NCBI GenBank assembly: GCA_036488085.1
Contig: DASXHZ010000058.1
Coordinates: forward strand, 69,468 to 133,467
Length of the DNA: 64,000 nt
Reading direction: 5' to 3'
From: Thermoanaerobaculia bacterium
GTDB taxonomy: Bacteria; Acidobacteriota; Thermoanaerobaculia; Gp7-AA8
Shown: in pieces, positions 30,556 to 39,586 of the stretch
Layout: each line of letters begins with the position of its first letter
Numbering within the stretch: the first letter of the stretch is position 1
The notes under the pieces: model-generated
What the model saw: the letters and a program-made list of their open reading frames with translations, nothing else
What the model was told of the DNA's origin: nothing
The model's database searches: none
Program-made: the position numbers and the translations under genes

Positions 30556-31333
30556 AAAACTCTTCAAACGACTGCGCGCCGAGGGGCGCTGCGGCGTGAT
30601 CGCGTACGTCACTTGCGGCGATCCCGACGTCGCGGCGACCCCGCGAATCGTCGAAGAGCTCGTGCGCGCCGGTGCCGATGCGATCGAGCTCGGTATCCCG
30701 TTCTCCGATCCGATCGCGGACGGCCCCGTCATTCAAGCCGCCTCTCACCGCGCGTTGGAGCGCGGCGCGACCATTCGCGACCTCTTCGCGATCGCGCGCA
30801 CGATTCGGGAGCAGAGCGAAGTGCCTCTGATCGCGTTCTCCTACCTGAATCCCGTGATGCGCTATGGGATGGAACGCTTCGCGGCCGATGCGGCGGAAGC
30901 GGGCATCGACGGCATCCTGCTCACCGACCTGCCGCCGGAAGAGGCCGACGACACGTTCCGCGACAAGGGACTGGCGTCGACCTTCCTGCTCGCCCCGACG
31001 TCGAGCGACAAGAGGATCGCCGCGGTGGACCGTGCGAGCGACGCATTCGTCTACTACGTCTCGACGACCGGCGTGACCGGCGCACGCCGCGAGCTCGATC
31101 CGATGCTGCTGGAGCGTCTGGTCGAGGTTCGCGGGAAGTTGAGAAAGCCGATCGCCGTCGGTTTCGGCATCTCGCGGCACGAGCACTACGAGCTCCTGCG
31201 CGACAAGTGCGACGCGATCGTGGTCGGCAGCGCGATCGTGCGCGCGATCGACGACGGCGATCCCGTCGAAGCTCCACAACGCGCGGGCGACGTCGTGCGC
31301 GCCATCCTTGACAACGCGCCGATGCCCGCCTAA
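30533..31333 (+). CDS. trpA: Tryptophan synthase alpha chain
   Basis: Conserved TrpA blocks ([21 protein letters not shown]). Confidence 0.9.
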
Positions 31334-31348
31334 CCTCCGCACCCAGTG

Positions 31349-31396
31349 ATGAACACGTTCGCCCCCCGCTACTTTTATTACGGCTACTACAGCTAG
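31349..31396 (+). CDS. Putative attenuation leader peptide MNTFAPRYFYYGYYS (5 Tyr + 2 Phe in 15 codons)
   Basis: 15-codon ORF 16 nt after the trpA stop. Stem-loops follow and a factor-independent terminator sits immediately before the chorismate mutase start. Confidence 0.55.
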   Translation: MNTFAPRYFYYGYYS

Positions 31397-31488
31397 CGCG
31401 GGGCATACGCCCCGACGCAAGGAGGGGCGCTCGATCCGATAAACAATCCAAACCCCTTCTCACGTCGCGACGAGAAGGGGTTTTGTTT
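31397..31488 (+). promoter_or_regulatory. Attenuator RNA. Hairpin GCGGGGC-ATAC-GCCCCG, alternative pairing of GCCCCCCGC with GCGGGGC, and a terminator CCCCTTCTCaCGTCG/CGACGAGAAGGGG followed by TTTTGTTT.
   Basis: Structures read directly from the sequence. The terminator 3' arm contains the GAAGGGG ribosome-binding site of the downstream gene. Confidence 0.55.
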
Positions 31489-31791
31489 ATGAACAGGGTC
31501 GATGCAGAAGTCGAACTGACGCGCCTTCGCGATGCGATCGATCGCGTCGACGAAGTGATCGTCAAGCTCCTCAACCAGCGCGCGAAATACGCGTGCGAGA
31601 TCGGCGAGATCAAGGCCATCCTCGACCTCCCGATCTACGTCCCCGAGCGCGAGAAGCAGGTGCTCGCGCATGCGGAAGAGGTGAGTGCCGGACCGCTCGA
31701 CCCGAGCGCCGTCCGGCGCCTTTTCGAACGCATCATCGACGAGTCGCGCCGCGTCGAGCGCGAATCCGCAGCCACCAAGGAGAACGCGTAA
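31489..31791 (+). CDS. Chorismate mutase (AroQ class)
   Basis: ~100-aa AroQ helical-bundle signature (RLRDAIDRVDEVIVKLLNQRAKYACEIGEIK). The track starts it at a TTG at 31483. Confidence 0.8.
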   Translation: MNRVDAEVELTRLRDAIDRVDEVIVKLLNQRAKYACEIGEIKAILDLPIYVPEREKQVLAHAEEVSAGPLDPSAVRRLFERIIDESRRVERESAATKENA

Positions 31792-32804
31792 TGGTCATCG
31801 TCATGGAAAAACACACCGCTGAAGACAACATCGAGCGGGTCACCGGAGTGCTCATCGAGCGCGGCTTCGACGTCCATCGTTCCACCGGCTCCGAACAGAC
31901 GGTCCTCGGCGTCGTCGGCAATGTCGCCGAGATCGACACGCGCGAGTTCGAGCTGTTCGACGGCGTCCAGGAAGTCGTCCGTATCAGCGAGCCGTACAAG
32001 CTCACCAGCCGGACCTGGAAGAAGGAGAAGAGCGTCGTCCGCGCGCGCGGCGTTGACATCGGCGGCGATCACGTGGTCGTCATGGCCGGCCCGTGCACGA
32101 TCGAAAATGAGCACCAGCTTTTCGAGACGGCAAAGCGCATCGCGCGCGCCGGTGCGCGCGTCCTGCGCGGCGGCGCCTACAAGCCGCGGACCTCGCCGTA
32201 CGCCTTCCAGGGGATGGGCGTCGAGGGTCTGAAGCTCCTGCGGGCCGCGGGCGACGAGTTCGAGATGGCAGTGGTCTCCGAGGTGATGGAGATTTCCCAG
32301 ATCGAAAAGATGCTCGAGTACGTCGACATCCTGCAGGTCGGCGCGCGCAACATGCAGAACTACAACCTGCTGTCGGCGCTGGGGCAGGTGAGGAGACCGA
32401 TCCTCCTCAAGCGCGGGATGTCGGCGACCATTCAGGAGTGGCTGCTCGCGGCCGAGTACATCATGAGCGGCGGCAACTACGACATCATCCTCTGCGAGCG
32501 CGGAATCCGGACGTTCGAGACCTACACGCGCAACACCTTCGACATCTCGGCGATCCCGGTCATCGACAAACTCTCGCACCTTCCGATCGTGGGCGATCCG
32601 TCGCATGCGACCGGCCGGCGCGACAAAGTGGCGCCGGTGGCTCGCGCGGTCGTCGCGGCGGGCGCGGACGGACTTCTCATCGAAGTGCATCACGATCCGG
32701 AGAAGGCGGTATGCGATGGTCCGCAGTCGCTCTATCCCGACCAGTTCGCGCGACTCATGGACGAGTTGCGTATCATCGTCCCCGCCGTGGGTCGCACTAT
32801 TTGA
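31791..32804 (+). CDS. 3-deoxy-7-phosphoheptulonate (DAHP) synthase, type I-beta, with N-terminal ferredoxin-like regulatory domain
   Basis: GPCTIENE, KPRTSPY and IVGDPSH motifs of the KDO8PS/DAHPS I-beta family. Its ATG overlaps the chorismate mutase stop (TAATG). Confidence 0.88.
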   Translation: MVIVMEKHTAEDNIERVTGVLIERGFDVHRSTGSEQTVLGVVGNVAEIDTREFELFDGVQEVVRISEPYKLTSRTWKKEKSVVRARGVDIGGDHVVVMAGPCTIENEHQLFETAKRIARAGARVLRGGAYKPRTSPYAFQGMGVEGLKLLRAAGDEFEMAVVSEVMEISQIEKMLEYVDILQVGARNMQNYNLLSALGQVRRPILLKRGMSATIQEWLLAAEYIMSGGNYDIILCERGIRTFETYTRNTFDISAIPVIDKLSHLPIVGDPSHATGRRDKVAPVARAVVAAGADGLLIEVHHDPEKAVCDGPQSLYPDQFARLMDELRIIVPAVGRTI

Positions 32805-33391
32805 AGACGCTCTTGCCCGCGCTGGTGCTGTTCGCGTTCGCGTGCGGTTCCTCGACGACGACCGTCGAGGCGCCGCCGCCGGCGCCGGCTCCCGCTCCCG
32901 CTCAAGCTGCTACGGCGACGGGGACCGTCTACGTCACGGCCAGCTCGGTGAACGTGCGCCGCGACCCGTCGATGGCGGGCGACGTGTTGAAACAGGCGAA
33001 AAAGAACGACCCGCTCACGCTCCTCTCATCGACCGAGGAGTGGACGAAAGTGCAGTTGGCGGACGGTACCGTGGGCTGGGTCGCTTCCCGATTCGTGGCG
33101 CAATCGCGCTCCGCACAGGCGCCAAAGGCGGGATGCAATACCGATTTTGCGTTCGTGAAGACACCGAAGCCGGCGTTCGCCGAGGGGGAGACGAAGCATG
33201 GACTCGTCGTGGTCGACGCCTACGTAAGTCCTGATGGGAATGTCACTTCCACGTCCGTCATCAAGAACGAGACTGGCGATGAGAAGTTGGCGACGCTCGC
33301 CCGGGACGAGATCAAGTCCGCCAAGTTCGAGGCACCGAAGCGGAATTGCGTCGCCCGCGCGTTCATTTTCACCTACAAACGTAGCTTCTAG
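32801..33391 (+). CDS. Lipoprotein with bacterial SH3 domain and TonB-C-like domain
   Basis: TTG start gives MKTLLPALVLFAFACGSS (lipobox). Middle SH3b-like segment (TVYVTASSVNVRRDPS...GTVGWVASRFV). C-terminal TonB_C-like block. Confidence 0.5.
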   Translation: MKTLLPALVLFAFACGSSTTTVEAPPPAPAPAPAQAATATGTVYVTASSVNVRRDPSMAGDVLKQAKKNDPLTLLSSTEEWTKVQLADGTVGWVASRFVAQSRSAQAPKAGCNTDFAFVKTPKPAFAEGETKHGLVVVDAYVSPDGNVTSTSVIKNETGDEKLATLARDEIKSAKFEAPKRNCVARAFIFTYKRSF

Positions 33392-33522
33392 GTGCGAAAA
33401 CCCAATGCTATACTTAAGCGTTGGCCGTCCTGGTTCGACGGTTCAATCAGAATAAAGAGAACGTCACGGACGTCACAGCTCGTCGCCGCATCGCTGCGGG
33501 CGCGTGAAATTTTGGAGGAAAG

Positions 33523-34407
33523 ATGACTGGTCGGTTTTCGCGCGTTATCGTCGCAGTTACTCTCGGGCTCTTCGCCCTCGTGCTTCCTGCATCGGCCCAG
33601 CAGTGGACGACGAATAGCTCGACGATGTACGCGGATCCGGCGGTCTCGTTCGTTGGAATCGGCACGACGTCGCCGGCGCCTTACGGGATGCAGATCTTCA
33701 GCAGCACGGGGAACTCGTTCTTCGGCGTAAAGTCGACGTTTGGGCTCGCCGGCTTCATCATGGACCGGAAGGACACGACGGTAGCCTCTTCGCTGAACTA
33801 CCGCACCGGTGGGACTGACACCTTCATCGAGGGAATCGGCGTCTACGGCAGCGGAAGCAACTGGCAGATTGGCAACAACGTTGCCCCTTTCCTGACAATG
33901 ACAACGTCTGGCAACATCGGCATCGGGACGGCGAGTCCGGCGTATGCGCTCGACGTCGCGGGAGCGATCCACGCTTCCAACGTGATCGGCGCGTCCTACC
34001 AGGACGTGGCCGAATGGGTTCCGGCATCGACCGAAATGAGCGCCGGCACGGTCGTCATCCTGAGCCGTGACAAGAGCAACGAAGTGACGCCGTCGTCCAC
34101 CTCGTACGATTCGACGGTTGCCGGTGTCGTCTCGGCGAAGCCCGGAATCATCCTCGGCGTTGCGTCGCCCGATAAGGCGCAGGTTGCGACGACCGGTCGC
34201 GTGCGCGTGAAGGTCGATGCCACCAAGGAGCCGATCAAGATCGGTGACCTCCTCGTAACCAGCGATAAGCCGGGAACCGCGATGAAGTCCATTCCGGTCA
34301 ACGTCGCCGGCATTTCGTTGCACCGGCCGGGCACCATCATCGGCAAGGCGCTCGAGCCCCTCAATTCCGGCGAGGGCGAGATCTTGGTCCTCCTCTCCCT
34401 CCAGTAA
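33523..34407 (+). CDS. Secreted protein with tail-fibre-like GN(I/V)GIGTxSPxYxLDV repeats
   Basis: Signal peptide. Two copies of the NVGIGT(A/T)SPAY.LDV motif. GGAGGAAAG ribosome-binding site. Confidence 0.55.
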   Translation: MTGRFSRVIVAVTLGLFALVLPASAQQWTTNSSTMYADPAVSFVGIGTTSPAPYGMQIFSSTGNSFFGVKSTFGLAGFIMDRKDTTVASSLNYRTGGTDTFIEGIGVYGSGSNWQIGNNVAPFLTMTTSGNIGIGTASPAYALDVAGAIHASNVIGASYQDVAEWVPASTEMSAGTVVILSRDKSNEVTPSSTSYDSTVAGVVSAKPGIILGVASPDKAQVATTGRVRVKVDATKEPIKIGDLLVTSDKPGTAMKSIPVNVAGISLHRPGTIIGKALEPLNSGEGEILVLLSLQ

Positions 34408-34427
34408 ACGCCTCCCGCAAACTACCG

Positions 34428-34460
34428 AGCGCGCGCCGCGAAAGCGGCGCGCGCTTTTTT
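34428..34460 (+). terminator. Rho-independent terminator (GAGCGCGCGCCGC-GAAA-GCGGCGCGCGCT + TTTTTT)
   Basis: Perfect 12-13 bp GC stem with a T6 tract, read directly. Confidence 0.85.
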
Positions 34461-34510
34461 ATTGACAAGCGCTTTCGCTCCCTGGCAGGAGAGTGATCGG
34501 TGTGAGAACC

Positions 34511-34600
34511 GGCTGGATTCTCGAATCCGCGCCGCGGATTCTGGAGAAGCCACCGTGGATTCTGGCGACGCATCGCTGGAACCCGGATTGCGCGCCGTCC
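34511..34600. repeat. Four 21-bp tandem repeats (consensus GYGGATTCTGGNGAAGCNNCC), plus a fifth degenerate copy near 34636
   Basis: Direct repeats at exact 21-bp phasing. They lie inside candidate small ORF 34499..34723 (WIL heptad repeats). Confidence 0.7.
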
Positions 34601-34709
34601 CCGACGCGCCGGCCCGCGAAGATTTTGGAGGAGCCGCGCTGGATTACGTGCTGCGCGCCGAGGATCCCGGGCTCGTACAGAGACGGCGAGTTCCCGCACT
34701 CGCGTGCCC

Positions 34710-35933
34710 CTACTCGATCGTGATGTTCCCGTTGGCTGTCTCGAGATCCAGGCGACAGCCGCCGCCGTTGATCGTGCCCGTGATGTTCTCCTGTGAGAGC
34801 GAGCCGCGAGCGGTGATCGGGAGCTCGGAGCGGATGGAGCCGAAGCTCGTGCCGGCGTGGACGTTGTAGCCGGTCCCGCTGCGCAACGCGACTCGGATGT
34901 TAGAGAAGTTCGTCTTGAGCGAGATGTCGCGGCACTTCCCGGGCGGCAGTTCGCCGACGCTGATCGCGCCGTTGGTGTTCTCGACCGAAATCGAGCCGTC
35001 AATATCCTTGAGGAAGGCGGACCCGAACGTCGTTCGCACCTTGGCCGAGCCATCGACGCCGGCCAGCGTCACATTACCGTTCTCGTCATGCACCTCGGCG
35101 TCGCCGTGGATCGTCGTTGCCCGCACGGAACCGAACGACGTCCGGATTGAGGCACGGCCGGTTTCGGTCACGACGATGTTGCCGTTCGCTCCGGTGAGAT
35201 CGAGCGTTCCGCGGATGTTCGACACCGTGGCGGTCGCGAACGAGGTCGAGATCGTGGCATTGCCGCCGACGTTCCGCACGTCGACGCTCCCGTTCTCGTT
35301 CCGCAGTGCGAGGGCGTGGTCGACGTCTTCCACGCTGACGCTGCCGAAGCGGTCGGACACGTCGAGCGAGCCGCCAATGTGCGTCGCAGTGACCGATCCG
35401 TTGGCGTTACGAACGACCGTGTCGCCGGCGCTGTTCGTGACCGTCACCGATCCGAACGAGTTCTCGATCTGCTGCGATCCACGAAGATCGCTCACCGTGA
35501 CCGACCCCTGCGCGTTCGTGAACTCGCTCGGTGCATGCACGCCGCTGGCGTAGATGCCTCCGAAGCGGTTGCGGATCGAGAGCGGCGCATTCGCCGGAAC
35601 GCTCACCTCGATGTCGATCGAGTACGAGAGATTGCCGCCGTGGTTGTGAATCTCCGGGACATCGGTCCGGATCGTGATGCCGCCGCCCCCCTCGGAGACG
35701 TTGAAATGGATCTCCCGGCCGATATCGGGATCGGAGCACTTCACGACGCCCTGCACGTTCACCTGGTTGCCGCTGGTCGTGTGCAGGTCGAGCTTTCCGA
35801 AGCGATGGTCGATCGTCACCTTGCCGCCCCGCCACGCGAGCGACGCGTGAATCGGTTTCTCGAAGCGCTCCGCGTACGCGACGGGTGCGGTGATGATGAG
35901 CGCGGCGAGGATGATGCTACTGATTCGTGCCAT
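34710..35933 (-). CDS. DUF4097-domain putative adhesin/beta-helix protein (YvlB/LiaG-like)
   Basis: Signal peptide MARISSIILAALIITAPVAYA then repetitive beta-strand pattern (GSVTV.., NGNV..). The arginine-rich upstream part of the track ORF was rejected. Confidence 0.65.
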   Translation of the reverse strand: MARISSIILAALIITAPVAYAERFEKPIHASLAWRGGKVTIDHRFGKLDLHTTSGNQVNVQGVVKCSDPDIGREIHFNVSEGGGGITIRTDVPEIHNHGGNLSYSIDIEVSVPANAPLSIRNRFGGIYASGVHAPSEFTNAQGSVTVSDLRGSQQIENSFGSVTVTNSAGDTVVRNANGSVTATHIGGSLDVSDRFGSVSVEDVDHALALRNENGSVDVRNVGGNATISTSFATATVSNIRGTLDLTGANGNIVVTETGRASIRTSFGSVRATTIHGDAEVHDENGNVTLAGVDGSAKVRTTFGSAFLKDIDGSISVENTNGAISVGELPPGKCRDISLKTNFSNIRVALRSGTGYNVHAGTSFGSIRSELPITARGSLSQENITGTINGGGCRLDLETANGNITIE

Positions 35934-36543
35934 GAGGTTCCTCCCGCGACACCTCTTCCAGCGTCCTCTGTTTTTCCGAGTACATGGCGAGGAGCTGTTT
36001 GCGGAGGTGTGCGTTATTTCGGTTTTGTTGGATGACGGTCTCGCATTCGGCGATGGCGTCGTCGAGGAGCAGTATTTTTTCTTTGTAACTGACCAGAAGC
36101 GGCGACCGCGGGTCTTCGAGCTTCGGCGACGTGACCTTCTCGAGCTCGTTGATCGCCGCGATGTGCGCCCGTTCCGCGTCTTCGACTTTTTGCAGCGCCT
36201 GATCGCGGAGGATGACGCGGTCGAACGCTTGCTGTTCGGAGCGTTCATGAACAGCGAACCATGCGCCGCCGCCGATGCCGGCGGTGAGTAAGACCGCCGC
36301 GGCGATTTGCCAGAAGCGCGCTTGCGCCGGACGGCTTTCGGTTCGCAGTGCGCGGTCGATCCGCGGCCACAGCATGTCGTTGCGCCACGTCGCATGCAGC
36401 GTCTTCGCGGTGGCCGAGATGTCGAGCCAGTCGTCGAGGCGCTCGCGGCAGGCGGCGCAGTCTTGCGCGTGGCGCGTGGCCGCGGCCATCGACGCCTCAT
36501 CGCCCTCGAGCAGCAGTCCGTCGAGCTCTTCGCAGGTGTTCAT
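35917..36543 (-). CDS. Anti-sigma factor (zf-HC2 zinc finger + single TM)
   Basis: MNTCEEL...H..C..C motif and TM helix IAAAVLLTAGIGGGAWF. Start overlaps the sigma factor stop (ATGA). Confidence 0.7.
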   Translation of the reverse strand: MNTCEELDGLLLEGDEASMAAATRHAQDCAACRERLDDWLDISATAKTLHATWRNDMLWPRIDRALRTESRPAQARFWQIAAAVLLTAGIGGGAWFAVHERSEQQAFDRVILRDQALQKVEDAERAHIAAINELEKVTSPKLEDPRSPLLVSYKEKILLLDDAIAECETVIQQNRNNAHLRKQLLAMYSEKQRTLEEVSREEPHGTNQ

Positions 36544-37139
36544 CGTGATTTCCACATTTCCTGGAGCTGTTTCTTGGTCGAAAAGAGAATCCACTTGGAG
36601 TTCCCTTCGGTGATGCCGAGGATCGAGGCGATCTCCGCATGCGAGAGCCCCTCGATCTCGAAGAGGGTGAAGACGGAGCGGCGTTGCTCGGTGAGCTTGC
36701 CGAGGAGCTTCCGGAGGGTGATGCGTTTCGCGTCGTCGATGCCCGGGGTGCTCCGCTCCAGCGGCATCTCGTCCATCGCCGTCTCTTCCGGCCGCCGCTT
36801 GCGGCGGCGCAGGGCGTCGTAGCAGGTGTTGATGAGGATGCGGTACATCCACGTGCTGAATGACGCTTCGCCCGAGAAGCTCGTAGCGGCGCGGTGGACC
36901 TTCAGCAGCGTCTCCTGGATCGCGTCTTCCGCGTCGCTGACGTTGCCGAGGTGGTTGAAAGCGATCGATTTCATCCGTTCACCGTGAGTCCGATAGATCC
37001 GCTCGAACGCCGCCGAGTCACCCATGGCGCACGCGGCAGCGAGACGACGATCCTCATCCGGCGATGCCGTTTGCGGCGGCGGACCATGGAGGATCTGTGC
37101 TGCGGCGGCCGTGGCGCTGAGCATGTCGTCTGTTGGCAT
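36540..37139 (-). CDS. ECF-family RNA polymerase sigma-70 factor
   Basis: Sigma region 2 (FERIYRTHGERMKSIAFNHL...AEDAIQETLLKV) and region 4 HTH (LSHAEIASILGITEGNSK). Confidence 0.85.
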   Translation of the reverse strand: MPTDDMLSATAAAAQILHGPPPQTASPDEDRRLAAACAMGDSAAFERIYRTHGERMKSIAFNHLGNVSDAEDAIQETLLKVHRAATSFSGEASFSTWMYRILINTCYDALRRRKRRPEETAMDEMPLERSTPGIDDAKRITLRKLLGKLTEQRRSVFTLFEIEGLSHAEIASILGITEGNSKWILFSTKKQLQEMWKSR

Positions 37140-37161
37140 AGACGTACGGGACGGGGGTACG

Positions 37162-39570
37162 TTAGAAGGCCTGAGGTTTCAATCCGTGCTCCCGCCGCAC
37201 GAAGTCGTGAATGAACTTCAGGTGTTGCAACGTGATCGCGTCGCGCTTCCGTTGCGCCGCATCGAGCGTCGCCGGATCGGCGCCGCTGAAAGCAGTGCGG
37301 AGCGGCGTCATCGAGTGGGCGAGCAGGTTGAAGGTCTGATACCACGGGAGGTCGCGGTCAATGAGCCGTCCGCTCTCGTATTCGACCGACGGCAGATCGT
37401 CGACATGGGGCGGTACGTTGCGCGTGATCTTCTCGACCTCGTCGGGCCCGAGCAACAACGCCGTCAGCAGATCCCCCGGTTCGTACATCCCGATCCCCGC
37501 GAGATCCGCGGCAACGGAAGGCGTCCAGTTCGCGGCGACGCGATCGAACGGCAGCGGCCCCTCCTCCATTCGCCCGATGACGATCGTGAATGAGTTCGGC
37601 GTGTTTGGGACCGACCAGATGGTAGTGTTCGGAAAGACGTCGCGAAACGCGCGGACGATCTGCAGGTAGTTGCGCGGCGTGAGCGAATACATCGGCAGCC
37701 ACATCGACATCACGCCCGCCCCGGTGAGGTGGCGCCTGCAGATCTCGAAGTAGTCCTTCGTGTACAGCGACCCGTTCCCCGCATACCTCGGGTGGATTGA
37801 ATCGGAGAGGATGACGTCGAACGTCTCGCGCGACCCGAGGATGAAGTTCCGGCCGTCGTTGATCTCGACGTGAACACGCGGATCGTGCAGGACGCCGTGA
37901 TTCACCGCCGTCAAACGCGTTCCCGACACCTGTAGGACCTCGGGGGAGATCTCCGCGATGGTGATGTTCGAGACGGGATGCCGCGATACGGCCCATGCCG
38001 TACCGCCGCTTCCGAATCCGATATGGAGCACGCGCTGCGCATGCGGGTGAAGGAGCAGTGGGATGTGTCCCTGCAGCTTCTGCGTCCCCATCAGCTCCCC
38101 CGAAGTGCCGGCGACGTTGACGCCGTTCAGCTCGAGCGAGAGATAGTCGGGGCCGAGTTTCCGGAGCGTCACGGTGGCCGTGACGTCTTCGCGGAAGAGC
38201 AGGATCGGCGCGCGTTGGTCGGTGAACAGGCCGGCGGATAGGATGACCTGATCCGGTTTCGCGAAGATGAACGCGCCGGCGACAACCAGCAAAGCAACGA
38301 TGGCTGGTTTTCGCAGGAAGTAAACGCCGATCGCGAGGTTTATGCACGCCATGAGGAATAGCCCGTTCTGCGAGCCGAACAGGCGGATGAGAACGAATCC
38401 AGCGAGGAGCGAGCCGGTGATGCTGCCGATCGTGTTGGCGAGATAGACGTTCCCGACCGATCGCGTCTCGCTCTGTGTCGCGCTGATCTCGTAGAGCCGC
38501 ACGGTGAGCGGGAACGCCGCTCCCATGAGCGCGGTCGGGATGAGCAATGCCACGAGCGTCGCGGAGAGAAGGGCAGGGAACGGAGACGCCACGTGAATCG
38601 CGATCCAGGGCCGGACCGCGGCTTCGAGGAGGTCAGCGAAGTGCGCGAAGAGGTGCACCTGCAGCGCGAGTACCGCGGCGAGCGTGAGCTCGATGGCGCC
38701 GAGCACTCTTGCGATGTCGATGTGCGCGACGTAGCGCTCGATGACCGCGCTCCCGATGCCGATGCCGATGAGAAACGAGAAGAGCATCAAGGAGTAGGCG
38801 TAGACACTGCTGCCGAGGTGCAGGACGAGGATGCGCGACCAGAAGACTTCGTCGGCGATCGCGGCTAGGCCCATCAGCGCCGAGGCGATCAAGATGAGTG
38901 TTGGATTGACCGCGCCCGGTGATATCGCGCTTGTCGGTTGGGAGGTTACGAAGTCGCCGGGTCGGCGGGTGAGCAGCACCGCAATGATCGCCAGCGTGAA
39001 GTTGAGGATGACAGCGGCGAAGATTGTTGAAAGCAAGCCGACCCGCGGAATCAGGACGAAGCCGGCGAGCGCGACGCCGGCCGTTGCGCCGAGGGTGTTG
39101 ACCGCGTACAGCGCCGAGATGGCGGTACCCGTTCCTTCGAGCTCGCCGGTGAACCAGCGGACGAGGAGCGGCAGCGTGCCGCCCATCAGGATCGTCGGCG
39201 GGAGGAGGAACGCCGCTGCGAGAATTCCGCGGACCAGCGTCATCGCTAGCGCGCTCTGATGCACCGCGGGAAACGCAGCGACGTATGCGCGGTTCAGCAG
39301 CTCGAATCCGTTCGGCGAGAAGGCCCCGATCAATCCGATCAGCGCCTCGGTCCCCGCATAGACGAGCAGAGCAGGCTTTGCGCGAAACGCCCGGCTGAAG
39401 AGGAACGCGCCGACCCCGAGACCGCCGAGGAAGACGGCGATGAGGGTGGCGGCGGCGTAAACCGTGTTGCCGAAGATCAGGCCGAGGTACTTCAGCCAAA
39501 CGATCTGATAGAGCAACGCGCTGATGCCGGACGCGAAGAAGACCGCGAGGAGGACGCGACGACCCTTCAC
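37162..39570 (-). CDS. Fused polytopic membrane domain / spermidine synthase-like aminopropyltransferase
   Basis: ~480-aa N-terminal multi-TM region plus C-terminal spermidine synthase fold (VLHIGFGSGGTAW...ISPEV...DGRNF). Confidence 0.75.
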   Translation of the reverse strand: MKGRRVLLAVFFASGISALLYQIVWLKYLGLIFGNTVYAAATLIAVFLGGLGVGAFLFSRAFRAKPALLVYAGTEALIGLIGAFSPNGFELLNRAYVAAFPAVHQSALAMTLVRGILAAAFLLPPTILMGGTLPLLVRWFTGELEGTGTAISALYAVNTLGATAGVALAGFVLIPRVGLLSTIFAAVILNFTLAIIAVLLTRRPGDFVTSQPTSAISPGAVNPTLILIASALMGLAAIADEVFWSRILVLHLGSSVYAYSLMLFSFLIGIGIGSAVIERYVAHIDIARVLGAIELTLAAVLALQVHLFAHFADLLEAAVRPWIAIHVASPFPALLSATLVALLIPTALMGAAFPLTVRLYEISATQSETRSVGNVYLANTIGSITGSLLAGFVLIRLFGSQNGLFLMACINLAIGVYFLRKPAIVALLVVAGAFIFAKPDQVILSAGLFTDQRAPILLFREDVTATVTLRKLGPDYLSLELNGVNVAGTSGELMGTQKLQGHIPLLLHPHAQRVLHIGFGSGGTAWAVSRHPVSNITIAEISPEVLQVSGTRLTAVNHGVLHDPRVHVEINDGRNFILGSRETFDVILSDSIHPRYAGNGSLYTKDYFEICRRHLTGAGVMSMWLPMYSLTPRNYLQIVRAFRDVFPNTTIWSVPNTPNSFTIVIGRMEEGPLPFDRVAANWTPSVAADLAGIGMYEPGDLLTALLLGPDEVEKITRNVPPHVDDLPSVEYESGRLIDRDLPWYQTFNLLAHSMTPLRTAFSGADPATLDAAQRKRDAITLQHLKFIHDFVRREHGLKPQAF

Positions 39571-39586
39571 CTGGTCCGGAAGAGTA

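Noticed and set aside
35934-36500. Upstream 189 codons of track ORF 34710..36500 (R/S/K-rich)
   Set aside because: This is off-frame read-through over the anti-sigma gene. The DUF4097 protein starts at its signal peptide MARISS (35933).
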